Positions 15,594 through 31,009 of a DNA stretch of 64,000 nucleotides are shown piece by piece. Position 1 is the stretch's first letter, and the number at the start of each line of letters is the position of its first letter. The notes beneath the pieces are model-generated. The model did not search any database, was not told the origin of the DNA, and saw nothing but the letters and a program-made list of their open reading frames with translations. The position numbers and the translations under genes were made by a program. The DNA is from the human T2T-CHM13v2.0 reference genome, Homo sapiens. Location of the stretch: NCBI RefSeq assembly GCF_009914755.1, contig NC_060928.1. One strand, 5' to 3'.

Positions 15594-18150
15594 GAAAACT
15601 GTAGACCAATATCACCAATGAACACAGATGCACAAATCCTCAACAAAATACTGGCAAACAGAGTTAACAACACATTGAAATGGTCACTCACCATGATCAA
15701 GTGGGACTTATTCCAGAGATGCAAGTATTTTCAACATACACAAATCAAGAAACCTGACGCATCATATTAATGCAGTCAAGGATAAGAACTATATGATCAT
15801 TTTAACGGATGCAGAGAAAGCATTTGATAGACTATAACATCTGTTCCTTATTAAAAACTCTCAACAAATTAGGATAGAAAGAACATATAATGACACAGAC
15901 AGGCCATATTGACAAACCCACAGCTAACATCATACTGAATGAAGAAAAGTGGAGCTCTTTTCCTCTAACACCTGGGACAAAACAAGAATGATCACATTTT
16001 CCACTTGTATTCGACATGGTACTGAAAGTCCTGGCCACAGCAATTAGGCAAGAGGAAGAAATAAAGCTCTTCCAGGTTAAAAAAAAGAAAGAGTCAAATT
16101 GTTCCTGTTTGTAGATGATCATATATAGTGAAAGTCCTAAAGACTCCACCCATAAACTGTTAGAACTAAATAATCATTTCATTGAAGTTGCAGGATACAA
16201 AATCAACATATGAAATAAACAGCTTTTCTATACTCCAATAGCAAACTATCTTGAAAAAAAATCAGGAAAGCAATCTGGTTTACATCAGCTACAAAAAATA
16301 GTAAATTATCTAGGAATAAATTTAACCAAGGAGGTGAAAGATCTCTACAATGAAAACTGTAAAACACTAATGAAAGAAATTGAAGAACACACAAGCGAAT
16401 TGAAAGATATCCTATGTTCATGATTTTGAAGAATTAATATCATTAAAAATCCCATGTTATCCAAAGAAATGTATAGATTCAATGCTACCCCTATCAAAAT
16501 GGCAATGACATTCTTCACAGTAATAAAAAATCTAAAATTCATAAGGAACCACAAAAGATCCTGAATAGTCAAAGTAATCTTGAGCAGAAGGAACAAAGCT
16601 GCAGATAACACACTGCCTGACTTCAAAATATACTACAAAGCTATAATAACCAGAACATGATATTGGCATAGAAACAGACACATAGACCAATGGAATAGAA
16701 TAAAGATCCCAGAGATAAATCCATACATTTTTAGTTAACTTCTTTTCAACCAAGGCACTAAGGATACACATTGAGAAACGAAGTCTCTTCTATAAATGGT
16801 GCTGAGAAAACTGGATATCCACATGCAGAAGAATGAAACTAGACACATATCTCTCACCATATATGAAAATCAACTCAAAATATATTAAAGACTTAAAGAT
16901 AAGACCTGAAACTATTAAACTACTAAAAATAAAAACGTGGGAAACACTTTATGACATTTGGGCAATCATTTTTTTTTCTTTTGATAGGACCTCAAAGACA
17001 CACGCAACAGCAAAAACAGACAAAAGGGATTGCATCCAACTAAAAAGCTTCTGCACAGCAAAGAAAACAATCAACAGTGAAGAGACAACCTACAAAATGA
17101 GAAAAAATATTTGAAATCTATGCATCCAACAAGGAGTTAATATCCAGAATATATAAGAAATTCAAACAACTGGATAGAAAAAAAATTAATTTTTAATGGG
17201 CAAAAGACCGGAGTAGGCATTTCTGAAAAGAAGATAAATGGTCAGCAAGTATATGACAAAACGCTCAACATCATTAATAATCAGCGAAATGCAAATCAAA
17301 ACCACAATAAAATCTCACCTCACCTCAGTTAAAATGGCTATTATCAAAAAGACAAAAAATAACAAAAGCTTGCAAAGATAAGAAAAAAGAAGAACTCTTA
17401 TATACTGTTGGTAGAAATATAAATTAGTACAGCCATTATGAGAAGCAGTATGGAGGTTCTTCAAAAAATTAAAAATAAAGCTACCATACAATCTAGCAAT
17501 TCCAATACTAGGTATATATCCAAAGGTATTAAAATCAGCTTATCAAAGAGATACCTACACTCCTATTTTTATTGCAGCACTATTCACAATAGCAAAGAGA
17601 TGGAATCAACTGAAGTGCCCCTCAGCAGATGAATAGATAAAGAAAATGTGGTATATATACAAAATGGAATACTATTCACCTATAAAGAAGGAATAAAATC
17701 CTATCATTTGTGACAGTCTGGATGAACCTGGAGAACATCATGTTAAATGAAAACAAATGCCGCACGATCTTACTCATATGTTGAATCTAAAAATGTCAAT
17801 CTTATAGAAGTAGAGAGTAGTATAATGGCTACCAAAGGCAGGACAGGGATTGGGGAAGAGGAGGCAAAGAGAGGTTGGTCAATGAGTACAAAGATGTGGT
17901 TAGATAGGAAGAATAAATTCTGGTGTTCTATTACACAGTGGGTGACTATAGCTGGTATCAATGTATTGTATATTTCAAGATAGCTATAAAAGAGAATCTT
18001 GAAATTTATCACCAAAAATCATGATAAATTTTGAGATGATGGGCATGCTAACTACCCTGATTTGGTCATTATACAATGTATACATGTACTGAAATAGTAC
18101 ACTGTACCCCAAAAACACATACAATTATTATGTGTCAATTGTAAACAAAA
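15594..18150 (+). mobile_element. Older L1MA (about L1MA4-6): 3' half of ORF2 plus 3'UTR
   Basis: Begins at GAAAACTGTAGACCAATATC (ENYRPIS-equivalent). ORF 16833-17114 is ORF2-like. L1MA-type end TACCCTGATTTGGTCATTATACA...ATTATGTGTCAATT. Confidence 0.9.
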
Positions 18151-20227
18151 TGTTTAGAAATGCTCTTTTAATTTTAATTATATCTCAGTTCTATATTAAT
18201 GGGCTGCACCTAGGTAAAATGCCAAGCATATCTATTAGGATCCCAATAGGAAGTAGATAGAATTGAAAGAGTTTAGAGAAGCCAGAGGGCAAAGGAATTC
18301 TTAGAAGCCAGCCTTCTGGGGCAGAGTAGAGAAGAGAAAATAATACAATGGACCTGGAGAAACAAGAAGAAACATTACTAAATTTTCTTTTACATAAGCA
18401 TATGAAAAGACTATGTGGCCACAGAAATATCAAGGAGATTGAAAATATCAGTTATTTGAGGACAGTCAAGACAGCTTTGGAAACTATCTCTACTTTGTTT
18501 TCCTAATCCCTTCAATTTATTTCTCCTTTTTCAAAATTTTAACTATGAAATACATGTCTATGTAAGAAATTTTTTATTAAGAAGTATAGCTAATGAAGTA
18601 GAGTGGCGATAAGATTCCATTGATATCTGTATTCCTCAGAGAAGTAACATTTTTTTCACCTTCACCAGAAACAGCCTTTACATTTATTTAAAAGTGTGTT
18701 TCCTAATTGAACTAAAGTCAATTGTGAGTGTCATGTTCGAGCACTCAGCACAATTTACCTAAGTTTTGCCATTCAGATCTCAAAATGCCACTGTCGTATT
18801 TGTTTGAAATCGCAGGCTGAGGAAGTATGTACAAATGATGGAGACCTGTATAGATTCTTTTGGATAATATGGAACTCACTTCATAAATCAAACGTTTTAT
18901 TTGAACTTTGATTTGGCTTACTCTCATCAAAAACTGTTCGTGGCATCAAGAAGGTGATAGGATGGAAGCATTTACCTTTTCTACCTGTTCTCAGGAAAGC
19001 TTAACATTTGACATAAATCCTTTACAATTTCAGATTGCAGAGTAGTACACTTAGGTTTTTCAACATAAAGTTGTTGCAGAAATGCCACACCAAAAATCTC
19101 TGTGTTAATTGCTTACCCTTCAGAGACTTTAAAAATGGCTTTATCGTGGTGAATTATACAGGCTATAGAAGATGGTTCATTTATAAAGTTCATATAAATG
19201 ATGCATTGAGAAAGGGTTTTTTGTTCTGGTTGATAAAAGTTAATCAAATGCAAGATGGCATAAAGCAATTTAGCATAAATCTTCCACAGAGCACTGCTTA
19301 AGCCTCCCATCTCCCAAGTAGAGAGAACATTTATCTGACTATTTCTAACTGTCCCAATAAATCTTTGATTAAGAGAACCATATCAAAGTAGCTGACTAAT
19401 GACTTGTTTTTGAGAACTGTTCTAGTAAATATATTATAAATGGCATCTCAAGTCTCTCAATAGCCTGAATGCAAATATGTTTAAAACTTAAGTGAGAACC
19501 AAATGAGTCAAATGGGGAAGAGGTTTGTCCTAAATGTAGTTTTCTCTTAATACCAGAGAAACTGCCACAAGAAAAGCAAGAGGAACATAGCAAGATTAAG
19601 TTCTACAATGCTTTCAAACCACTAGATTTTCATTCCTTTAAGGCCTATGCTGAATAACAGATACATTAGTAGTGGTGTTTGTAAGCTTATTGACAAAACA
19701 AACAAACAAACAAACAACTATTACTATTCATTTCAAATGCTGTCCAAAGTCTGAGACAATGATTTCCGAAGATCACTTTCTCTTCCTCTATGTATAATCC
19801 TAAAAAGGAAAACAAGGCTCTCTGAGTAGAAGCAGTTTAACTAAATGGGAGCAAATGGCTATTGTTTGTGGATAAATATATCACCTACACAAATCAGCTT
19901 GTTCCCCAGACAAGTTTGCCTTGTGCATGCTTTTGTGCTTGACCCCATGATACCAAATTACTTGTTTTAAAAACTGCTCAAGTGAGCGTTTTGACATAAT
20001 ATGTCCCCTTTCATATATGACCAATTGTATTGAAGTATTCTCATGATGCCAAGAGAAAAATTATATACATATACTTCTTAGTAATTTTTATGGGATTAGA
20101 AATCTATAACATATGACTACTGCTTATTACATTGCTGGCAATCAAAATGTATTTGTCCACTTTCCTTTTCCTATCCACACTATTCAGATACAGGTCCATA
20201 TATTCTCAGTGTGTTTGCTTATTATAG

Positions 20228-20450
20228 TAGCTACCACTTGTTGAGGGTTTGTTTTGTTTTTAATGTGTGAAACTGTGTTTATGACTTCTCATCTATTATC
20301 ATATTTAAGCCACACAACAAATTTGTGCTACACGTCTCACCCTAAAGGTGAGTAAATCAGAACTCAGAGGAGTTAACTATCTTAAGTGATATCACACTAT
20401 CTGTATATGACTGATCCCAGTTTTGTCTGAATTTAAACCCATGTTCTTTC
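20228..20450 (-). mobile_element. MIR fragment
   Basis: TAGCTACCACTTGTTGAG and AACTCAGAGGAGTTAACTA motifs. Confidence 0.45.
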
Positions 20451-22001
20451 CTCTGTTTCTTTTTTATTAAACACTAAATGTACTAGGTGTTAAGGATTTT
20501 GATTCTTCATATAATGAAGTAAAGCAATTAAAGATACTGACCTAGAACAGTGGAATTTAAGGAGACTGATATTAAAAGTTCAATAAAATGTATATTTTTG
20601 AAACTTGAAAATTCTTGGAAACATTGTAATAGCCCCTTAAACCATCTGTTTTTCCCTGCTTTGGTGAAATATACCATGTGTAATTATAAATCCTAATCTG
20701 TAGATACAAACAAGTTGGTACCAATTTGTCACCTTAGATCACACAAAAATGTTCTTACCCAGGTCACAGTCCTGCCCAAACATTGAAGTTGTTTGTTTAA
20801 CGTGAAAGAAAAATGATAATAAAATATTGACTCCTCTTAGCAGCCGTACTTCATTTTTTAAGCCAGCACTCTTCGAATATAATATTTTCAAAAAAACAGT
20901 AGTGCTTGCTTTTTGAGGAGACCTAACTACAATGAAAGGGGCTAAAGGATCATGATAATAAAAAATAAATGCTCTTATTTGTGTATTTCATGGTTTGACT
21001 GCAGAATAAGAAGATAACATTACTTACCCATCATATTTACAGTAGTTTTATGTATCTTCGAAAAGCAGGATAATATTTCTTCTTTCTCTCTGCCATTGCA
21101 TTTAATTAAAATGTGATCTTTTCTAAATTGACTGAGTCACTTGGCTCTGCTGTGTATATTTTAGGTTCCACACATAAATTTTTTACCAGATTTCCATTTG
21201 GGGAGGATTAACCATTTTGCAATCTAATTTTCTTCAAGCAGAATGTCTCTGGTTCTTTGTCAATATTCAGAGGAAAATATGGAGCTCTCCAAGGGTCTAG
21301 CTCTTTCCATACAAATGAACTCTCCCAGTAATCTTCTTGATTACTTTCTCTCCCCTATCCTCAAGAGAGTTTGCATATGAACGATTTCTCCTCAGATGGA
21401 TAGGGATTACATATTTTCATCTCCCATGAGCCCATCCTTTACCACACATGGCTTCTGCCAGATTTTATCAAATTCAAATATCTAGGCCAAAGTTTCAGTC
21501 CAAGGGATTTTTCTTTGGACAAGAATCTGGGCTAAAGACTTCAAACTTCAATCTCATTGCTTTGGGGTGCCTTGACTATTAGTGTTGGAAAGCCACTAGA
21601 AATCATTTAGAGCTAAAGCCCTCATTCTTCAAACAACAAAACAATAGGTGAAATTAAAATGTCACAAATAATTTAATGACAAAACCTGGACCACTGCCCC
21701 GGTAATATATGTCCAATGATTTTTCTACATAACAATGCTGGCTCGTACACATGATTTTTCTCATTTTTGAAATTTTTGATATTCTCTTTTAATTCAACTG
21801 AAATTGACCTCAACTGAACAAATACCCATATTTCATCAACACTAAGACACATTTTTCCACTTACTACCTCTTCTAAAATAGAGATGAGTCTAAGAAGCAA
21901 TGGTTCTTATTTTTGCTTTTAGCTGGGTGTCAGTAATGACATAAATGAATAACAATGGTTATTCATTATAATTGTTTATTGTCATGGAGTCTGATGTCCA
22001 A

Positions 22002-22137
22002 GGAGGTTGAGGCAGGAGGATTGCTTGAGCCCAGGTGTTCAACACTGAAATGAGCTATGATCACCCCACTGCACTCCAGCCTGGGTGACAAAGGGAGACA
22101 CTGTCTCTATTAAAAAAAATTAAAAAGAAGAAAAAAG
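22002..22137 (+). mobile_element. Alu right-arm monomer fragment (FRAM/FAM/AluJ)
   Basis: GGAGGATTGCTTGAGCCCAGG...GAGCTATGATCACCCCACTGCACTCCAGCCTGGGTGAC plus A tail. Confidence 0.85.
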
Positions 22138-22403
22138 TACTGCTGCATTACTGTTGCTCGTAAAAGCACAGAGAACAAGATTGTTGGAAAGCACAGGCAT
22201 TAACAACTGAGTTGAATATTATTCAAAATAGTCAGAATCTGTGAAGAAGCTTTAAGAATATCTTAACCAATATATTTACCTTATGTATTCCATTTTATAT
22301 GTGTGTAAGAATGTTGGATAATCAAAATCTCAAGAAATTTAAAATAAAAATTCTAAATCATTGTTCAATTTTCAGTGTTTTTTAATGATACATAAAACAA
22401 TGA

Positions 22404-22992
22404 TATTAGGGTTCTCTAGAGGGACAGAATCAATAGGATATAAGCATATATAAAAGGGGTTTTATTAAGGAGAATTCTCTCACATGATTACACCATGATA
22501 GGCCATGATTACACCATGATAGGCCATCTGCCAGCTAGGGAAAGAAGCCAGTAGTGTCTCAGTCCAAGTCCAAAAGCCTGAAAACCAGGGAAGCCGACAG
22601 TACAGCCTGTAGTCTGCAGCCAAAGACCTGATAGTTCCAGGGAGGCTGTTGATGCTGATGCAAATCCCAGAGTCCAAAGGCTGAAGATCCTAGAGTCTGA
22701 TGTCCAAGGGCAGGGGAAAAGGAAGGAAGCATCAGGTAGGAGAAGAAAGAGAGAGCCAGAAGACTCAGCAAGCAAGCTTACCTGCCCTGCTTCTGCCTGC
22801 TTTGGTCTAGCTGAGCTTGCAGCCAATTGAATGGTGCCCACCCATATTAAGGGTGAGTTTTCCTTTCCCAGTCCACTGACTCAAATATCAATTTCCTCTG
22901 GCAACACCCTCACAGACATCCTGAGGAGCAGTGCTTCACCAGCCAGCTACGAATCCCTCAATCCTGTCAGTTGACATGTAATATTAACCAAC
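22404..22992 (-). mobile_element. MLT2B ERVL solo LTR
   Basis: TATTAGGGTTCTCTAGAGGGACAGAA...GATAGGCCATCTGC...CCCAGTCCACTGACTCAAAT...AATATTAACCAACA. Confidence 0.9.
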
Positions 22993-23012
22993 ATAGATAT
23001 ATCTTACAATTA

Positions 23013-23430
23013 ATCATTATGTTTGTCCTCCAAAACTCATTTTGAAATTTAATCCCCAATGTCATACTATTGAGAGGCAGGGCCTTAAAGAGGTGATTTA
23101 GTTACATGTGCTGTGCCCTCATGAATGGATTAATACATTCACTAACTAATGGATTAATGGGTTATGTGGGAGTCAGACTGGTGGCTTTGTAACAAGAGGA
23201 AGAGGGAACTAAGCTAACATGCTGAGCCCCTGCACCAGGTGGTGCCTTGTGTTGTGTCAATACTCTGAAGAGGCTCCCTCCCAACAAGAAGGCTCTCACT
23301 AGATGTAGCCCCTTTACCTTGGACTTCCAGCCTCCGTAGCTATAAGAAATAAATGTCTATTCTTTATAAATTATTACTCTGTTTCAGTTTAAAGTATTCT
23401 GTTACAAGCAACAGGAAATAGACTAAGATA
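23013..23430 (+). mobile_element. MST (MSTC-like) MaLR solo LTR
   Basis: GTCCTCCAAAACTCAT...AATCCCCAATGT...AAGAAGGCTCTCACTAGATG...GACTAAGA. Confidence 0.85.
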
Positions 23431-23806
23431 AATGGCAACTTTGATTTAACAAAATAATGTAAGTGCTTAGTTTTATGTTGAATACGTTATTGACTAGAGA
23501 AAAGGACTAACTCATATTCTCAATCTTAAGAAAATCTCCTAATCAAGAAAGATATATCCAACCCAAGAAATACTCAGAAACTAAGAAATAGCATAACCAT
23601 GAATTAAATTTTATGACAGCAATTATGTACGTGCTATTCAGCAAGGAGAGCATTTCAAGGGTTGGTGTCCTCATCCAGGAATTAAGTTATAAGCTGGTCC
23701 ATGAAAACTTGAATTGAATTTCAATATCCTAAGGAAAGACTGGAGGAAAAAAATAAATTCTCTTCACCAGCCAGGTCAACAAATGGATCTGGGATGATGG
23801 ATTCAA

Positions 23807-24037
23807 CAGGGCTGCTATACACTATCATGCAGTGTGTATACTACACAAAGGCACCTGGCTGAGGGAGGGAGAGAATGAAGGCTAAAATCCAACCCTTACT
23901 AGCTTAATAAGCCAAGCATCCCAGTAGAGAAATGTTAAGAGTTAGAGGAAAGCTGTGCCTTTATATAATTGATCCATCCAATGTGGGCATCCTTTTGCAA
24001 TTCTCACAAAGGGGCAAGATGTGCTGGTAGAAGCCAA
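23807..24037 (+). mobile_element. MER91-like hAT-Tip100 element
   Basis: CAGGGCTGCTATAC...CACAAAGGCACC start and CACAAAGGGGC...GCTGGTAG end. Confidence 0.4.
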
Positions 24038-24834
24038 GGATGACAGATGTTATAGTCAATTACCTTCCCATCCATCAGGAGGAAAAAGAAAGTGTTGCTG
24101 GGGAGGATAGAGCATGATCAAAGGTTTGGAAGCAGAAAGAGGCCCTGCATATTCACAGGACAGTGAAAAGGTTCTCATTTGGGGAATAGATGGACTAAGA
24201 TTGGTTACTAGAATAGAGTTCGATTACTGAGGGTTATGGATTATTGAAGGCCAACTCTCCAAGGGAACTAGATTGAAGTTTGAAGTCAGGGGCTCTGATT
24301 TGTTTCTAAGAATAATTATTTGAACTACAAATGAAGCCCAGAAACTAAAATTTTTCTGATCAAATCTGACACACTAAATGGTAGCAGGCTGCTCACATGG
24401 GAGAAAAGAGTAAGTAATTCTTATCCATTTAAGCTTATCTCTGGTAGACAATAAGGAAGCATTTATGCTTTTTGAGTGTGAATATAGAAATTATATAATA
24501 AAAACAATGCTTACAGGAGAAGCATATCATCGCATAGGGGTAGAGAGATAATAAAGGATAGGGCACACTGGAGCCTGGAAGATTAGTAAGGCTGTACTTA
24601 TGAGTTCCAGTCCAGGGTGTGGACGGCAGTGATAGAGGGTAAATAAGAGGGAACATCAATGATGATTCCCCTGTTCCTGTTTGAGGTGACTGTGAAATCA
24701 GCATATCATTAATTTAAAAATAGGGAAGCAGGATTAATAAGGGTTTCTGAGAAATGAAGAAAGACTATTTACTAAACTAGAAAAGCCTCCTGAGTGTTTT
24801 GAAGGTCTACTTTTTAAAAATCCTTCAATATCTA

Positions 24835-25345
<511 letters not shown>

Positions 25346-26300
25346 AAGAAAAAAGCAAGTATTATTCCTTACTTAAAAAAAAAATCAAGCTCAGGATAGG
25401 AACGGAAATGTTGCTGGTTAGCCTAAATACAGTAATCATTACATAAATGTTAAAGAAATGAGAAGTAAACATGTTAATTGTTAATTCACTTCATCTGTTT
25501 TATGTTATTCCACAGCCTTGTCTGTGTTATTTGCTTCTCTCCATGAAATGTACTGTCATCTCAATTCATGTTGAGGACAGATCTAATGTTCTAAAGTTGC
25601 ATTTCACCTCAAGGCAAAGCAGGCAGGATTTTGGTGGGATCAAACATGCTGCAAGGGACCTGGAACAGGATTCAGCCTGTGAAGTAAGGCATATAAAGGG
25701 GCATGGGAGAGGAGTGAAGAAAGTCAATTCAGTTTAGGCACTCAGAAAAGCCCAGCACAACTAATACAATACAGCAGATGCTCAGAAAGAAAATTTTAAA
25801 AAGTAGCTCCAATAAGTCAAATGTCAAATCTGAAAATATAGCAAATTCAGGAGCAAGTAACATTCTAGAAGCAGAGAGGCAGCATCAGGAAGCCTGTCAG
25901 CAGATGGAAAGTTTCTTCCAGTGGGGGATGCACTATCTAAATAAGGCAAAGCAAAATTAAGGCATGACCCAAATCACAGGTACCAGGCAGGCTACTGATA
26001 CTCAAGCACATGGACAGAAACAAGGATCCACCTTCAACAATGAGAGTATAAAGGAAGCATTGAAGATATAGAATAAGGCAGCTATAAAAACTAGAGTAGA
26101 AGGCACTGGAACTGAACATACAACAGAAAGATTATACTGCCTTTAAGGAACCTGTCAGACAACAGAAACTACTAGCTAATAAGATAAAGTTCTTTAACCT
26201 CTCCAAGCCTGTGTTTCTTTGTCTACAGCACGAGAAAAATTATTCTTTCCTCATGCTACTTCTAAGATATATTGTTAAGTAACAAAGAAATCACATATAA

Positions 26301-26328
26301 ACACACACACACACACACAGTCACACAC
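26301..26328. repeat. (CA)n microsatellite
   Basis: Direct reading. Confidence 0.85.
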
Positions 26329-27691
26329 AGGATCTTAAAGGAATCACATCCCACAATTATGAATGGTAACAATGAGGAAAAGAGTAGGAGGGGAACTTTC
26401 AGTTTCATTATAAACAATTCTGTTTGTTTAAATATTTCACAGTGTGCATGCATTAATATATTACTTTTCAGAGAAAATAATTTTTTAAATATCGAAAGAT
26501 AATCATGAGGTTTCAACAAAATACCATTTGTTTCTAAAGTGTGTAACTCAGGGACATAGTTAGACTCGACAAATGATGGTGTTGTCATTTGTCACTGTTG
26601 TTGCTGTTGTTAGAGAAGGAAAGGCAAACATCCACAGAATTCATAAGAACACAGCAAAAGGAAACTAAAAGCACAGTTAGAAACATAAACAAGGTATAAT
26701 TAAACACAAGTGTTGAGACGACTTTGAAGTGACTGACAAGCAGGATGGAGTACACCTGGGAAGGTTCCATGATGATGAAGCAGATTAAACAAAATCCTGA
26801 GGATGGGAAGAGATGCAGTTAGTTAGCAAGGCTTGGCATGAGAATTATAAAAATGGATTGGAAGAGCTAGAGATCTAATGATGCCAACATATCTAAGTCT
26901 ATTTTCAGTTTCAGATCATCAGAGCTTTTCTCTTTTGTGATCAAAAGATCAAGCAGGCAATGAGAGATCATCCACAGGCCCTCCGGGAGAAAGGCGCAAG
27001 GAAGGGAGAGAAATGTGGTTGTATTTGCAGAGATTGGTCAGCTAGCTTTTTCCTGTGTCAGCATAATGAAATTCTCAGGCAATCTGTGCCTCAGGAATAC
27101 ACATTCTGTCAAGGAATCTACACAGGAAGCATTCACTGTCTCGTGCTGGGTATGTTTCTCAATGCACTGAGCTTTCTCTTGGCCAACAGCAGCATAGTCA
27201 TTGCGAACTCATTCCAGCAGACTGCCCAGCACTCTTTGTAGCCATACTTTAACTTTGTCTACTTCAATATAGAAACTCCCATCAAGTGCTCCTGTATGCC
27301 TAGGGATAGAGATGAGAAGAAAGGTAGCAAATACCTGTGGGAGTAGGGCTTCTGCACACTCAGTCTCAGGTTATGCAAATTAAAACTATCATCACAACCT
27401 TGTGAAGCAAGAAAACATCAATATCAGAATATTCGACTGAGGCTGGGCAGAGACATGCTGCAGAGGAACTCCATGGGAAGGGCATTTGTATGGACCAAGC
27501 AGTGATCTACAGAGAAACCGAGGGCATGAAAGGGAGTCCAAATAGGACTTGGTGGAGAATAGAAGGTAATTTAGGATTTGCTGTAATAGTTCAGTAGTTC
27601 TATAACATTACATCCTAATCAGCAGATGTCAGTTCAGAACTTCTCCAATCAGCTCTCTTAAGCCTAAAGCTAAGGAACAAATCACGAGCCC

Positions 27692-28099
27692 TGCAATAGT
27701 CTTCTCGGGCTGCCATAACAAAATACCATAGACTGGACGGCTTAAACAACAGACATTTACTTTCTTACTTTTCCGGAAGTTGAAAGTCCAAGATCAAGGT
27801 GATGGCAAGATGGGATTCATCCTGAAGCCTCTTTTCTTGGCTTGTAAGCAGCTGCCATCTCACTGGGTGCTCTCTGGCCTTTCCTTAGTGTGTGTGTACA
27901 GAGAGAGAAAGCTCTCTGCTGTCTCTTCTTATAAAACACTAATCCTGTCAGAGCAGAGCCTCACCTTTATGCATTTAACCTCAAATCGCTTCTTTAGTTG
28001 TAGAGTTGGAGGTCCTATCTCCAAATATGCCATACTAGGGGTTAGGGCTTCATTCAATATATGAATTTTGTGGGGACACAAACATTTCCATTCATAACA
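27692..28099 (-). mobile_element. MLT1A-type MaLR solo LTR
   Basis: GGGCTGCCATAACAAAATACCATAGACTGG...AAGTCCAAGATCAAGGTG...ATATGAATTTTGTGGGGACACAAACATT. Confidence 0.9.
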
Positions 28100-28509
28100 G
28101 TCCTTTAACTAGAATGAGCTGTCTCAAGAACTTGTAAGTAATATTTGAGAATGCCTACAAGAAACTTAGAACTATTAGTATAATATGCAATATTTTAAAT
28201 AATAAAATGATAAGGCTTTAACCAATAGAAAATCATGGAAGAGAAAACAGACCATCCAGGTTGGCCCATTTTCTCTACAAAAAAAGAATTGGCAAGGTAG
28301 AGATTGGATAATAGTTCCTATGAAACAAAGGCAGCAGGAGTGTCAAGTCTTGGAAGTAAGAACTTTGAGGGAAAAAATCCAGAGAAGTGAAGTCAATAAG
28401 CTGAGAGAAGGCTGTGTAATGCATAATATTATTCCATCCCATACTCCTACACACAAGATCATAAGTCTGCTTGGATTTCTTATGAAGCACAGTGAAGAGG
28501 CTAAGCTGG

Positions 28510-28680
28510 CAACTGTTTACAACCTGGGTGATATTACCCACACAGCAGCTAGAGGGCATTTGGAAATGTGTGGCAATGTTTTCGATTGTCATGATAACTC
28601 CAGAGCACCATTTACATGCTTTATGTCCACAATGCAAGGGACAGTCCCATAGATTGAAGAAGGTTCATCCAAACACCAAT
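28510..28680 (+). mobile_element. MER20-like hAT MITE
   Basis: AACCTGGGTGAT...GGGCATTTGGAAATGTGTGG...GATTGTCATGA. Confidence 0.5.
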
Positions 28681-28749
28681 AGATTTAGTCACCTTTACCT
28701 AAGTCTCTGAGAGTATGTAAGGCCCTAGGTTGCAATATTTTGCTATGTA

Positions 28750-29740
<991 letters not shown>

Positions 29741-31009
29741 TTCCCTGTACTTTGGGAAAGTTCATTAAAAAATGGTTGTGGTGGGTTTTCTAGGTTTCTG
29801 TGACAACAGTTAAAAGTAAAATTTGGTGATTCAAACATCTCCAATATTGGCGTTACTCTTGAATATGTATAAGTCTAAGTGGGATAAAACAACAGAAGGC
29901 AATTTATTTTGACAGAAACTCCATGGTCATGCATTTATTATGAATAAGCTCATGTTTATGTTGTTAGCTTCGAATTCACCCATTTCCCTGAGGGACTACT
30001 TGGGTCAAATCAGCTGCTGTGTTCCTAAAATACCAATGAATGTTGTTGATAAAGTGTCTCTCAAAGTAAGGAGTTTCCACCACAGGGTGTTTCTCTCCCA
30101 ATCTGGCTGTCAGCTGAATTATTATGTTTTTCTCCAACCTTCAGGACATAGCCCATCTGTTCAATAATGCTTTCGCCTGAACAATATGGATGGAATGAAT
30201 GACAAGGGGAAAAGCCAGCAATATGCTGCAATTGCTGTTTTAATCTTTACAGTGCTTAAGTATGTGGGTCTCATGTTCCTTCCAATCTTAACTCATAGAG
30301 TAGAATATCAATCTTTGCCAGAAAGAAAATGGCCTTGCATTTCCTTCTTTCAGTGAGTCACTATTTACTTGAAGATTTGGAAAAGGTAATTAGATGGGGC
30401 TCTAGCGTTGGCTCTGTTTTACTAACTTCCAAGAATGCTGACCAGATTCTTAAAATATACTCAGTTCATTAGAGATCCCCTTTGGGGATCAGCTAATTCA
30501 GCATGTCGCTTCTAGGCAAGAGATTTCCAGGCTGGTTGGATTATGGCTTCTGGCAACCAGTACTGTTGGCAGCAGTAAGGTTTGTTCCCCTGTTTCTGTT
30601 TTGATTCCCTGTTGTTTCTGAATTTTGGGGAAGGAAGTTAGTGGGAGTCAAGCATACTTGGTATTTTATTATACAATTTCCATATAATCTTACTCTGTGT
30701 AGTTATTTAACTAATACTCATGAAGGAAGAAAATAAACATGTAAGACACAAATCAACTGCAGCTATGTAGGTACATTTAGTGTCTGAACTGACAGCACAG
30801 TGGTTCAAACTCAAAACTTTCCGTTAATTAAAAGGCACAATAATTATATTAATGTCTTATTGTGTGATTCTAGATTTCACACCTATGATTTTAGCTCTGT
30901 CTGAAAGTGTCTCTCTTACCCACCCAAGTAACTCACACAGATTAAACATCCAGAGCCCTGAAATACTTATCTAGTCCAGGGTTACAAGACAGTAAGTGAT
31001 TTTTACAAT

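Larger units (their letters stand above)
21825..23460. mobile_element. Kanga1/MER104-like TcMar-Tc2 element carrying three insertions
   Basis: Left terminus CCATATTTCATCAACACTAAGACAC. The right terminus survives in three pieces (TTAATGATACATAAAACAATG / ATCTTACAAT / ATGGCAACTTTGATTTAACAAAATA) split by LTRs. Confidence 0.55.

Noticed and set aside
20710-20729. 20-bp near-palindrome ACAAGTTGGTACCAATTTGT
   Set aside because: 10-bp arms with a mismatch are expected by chance in 64 kb.
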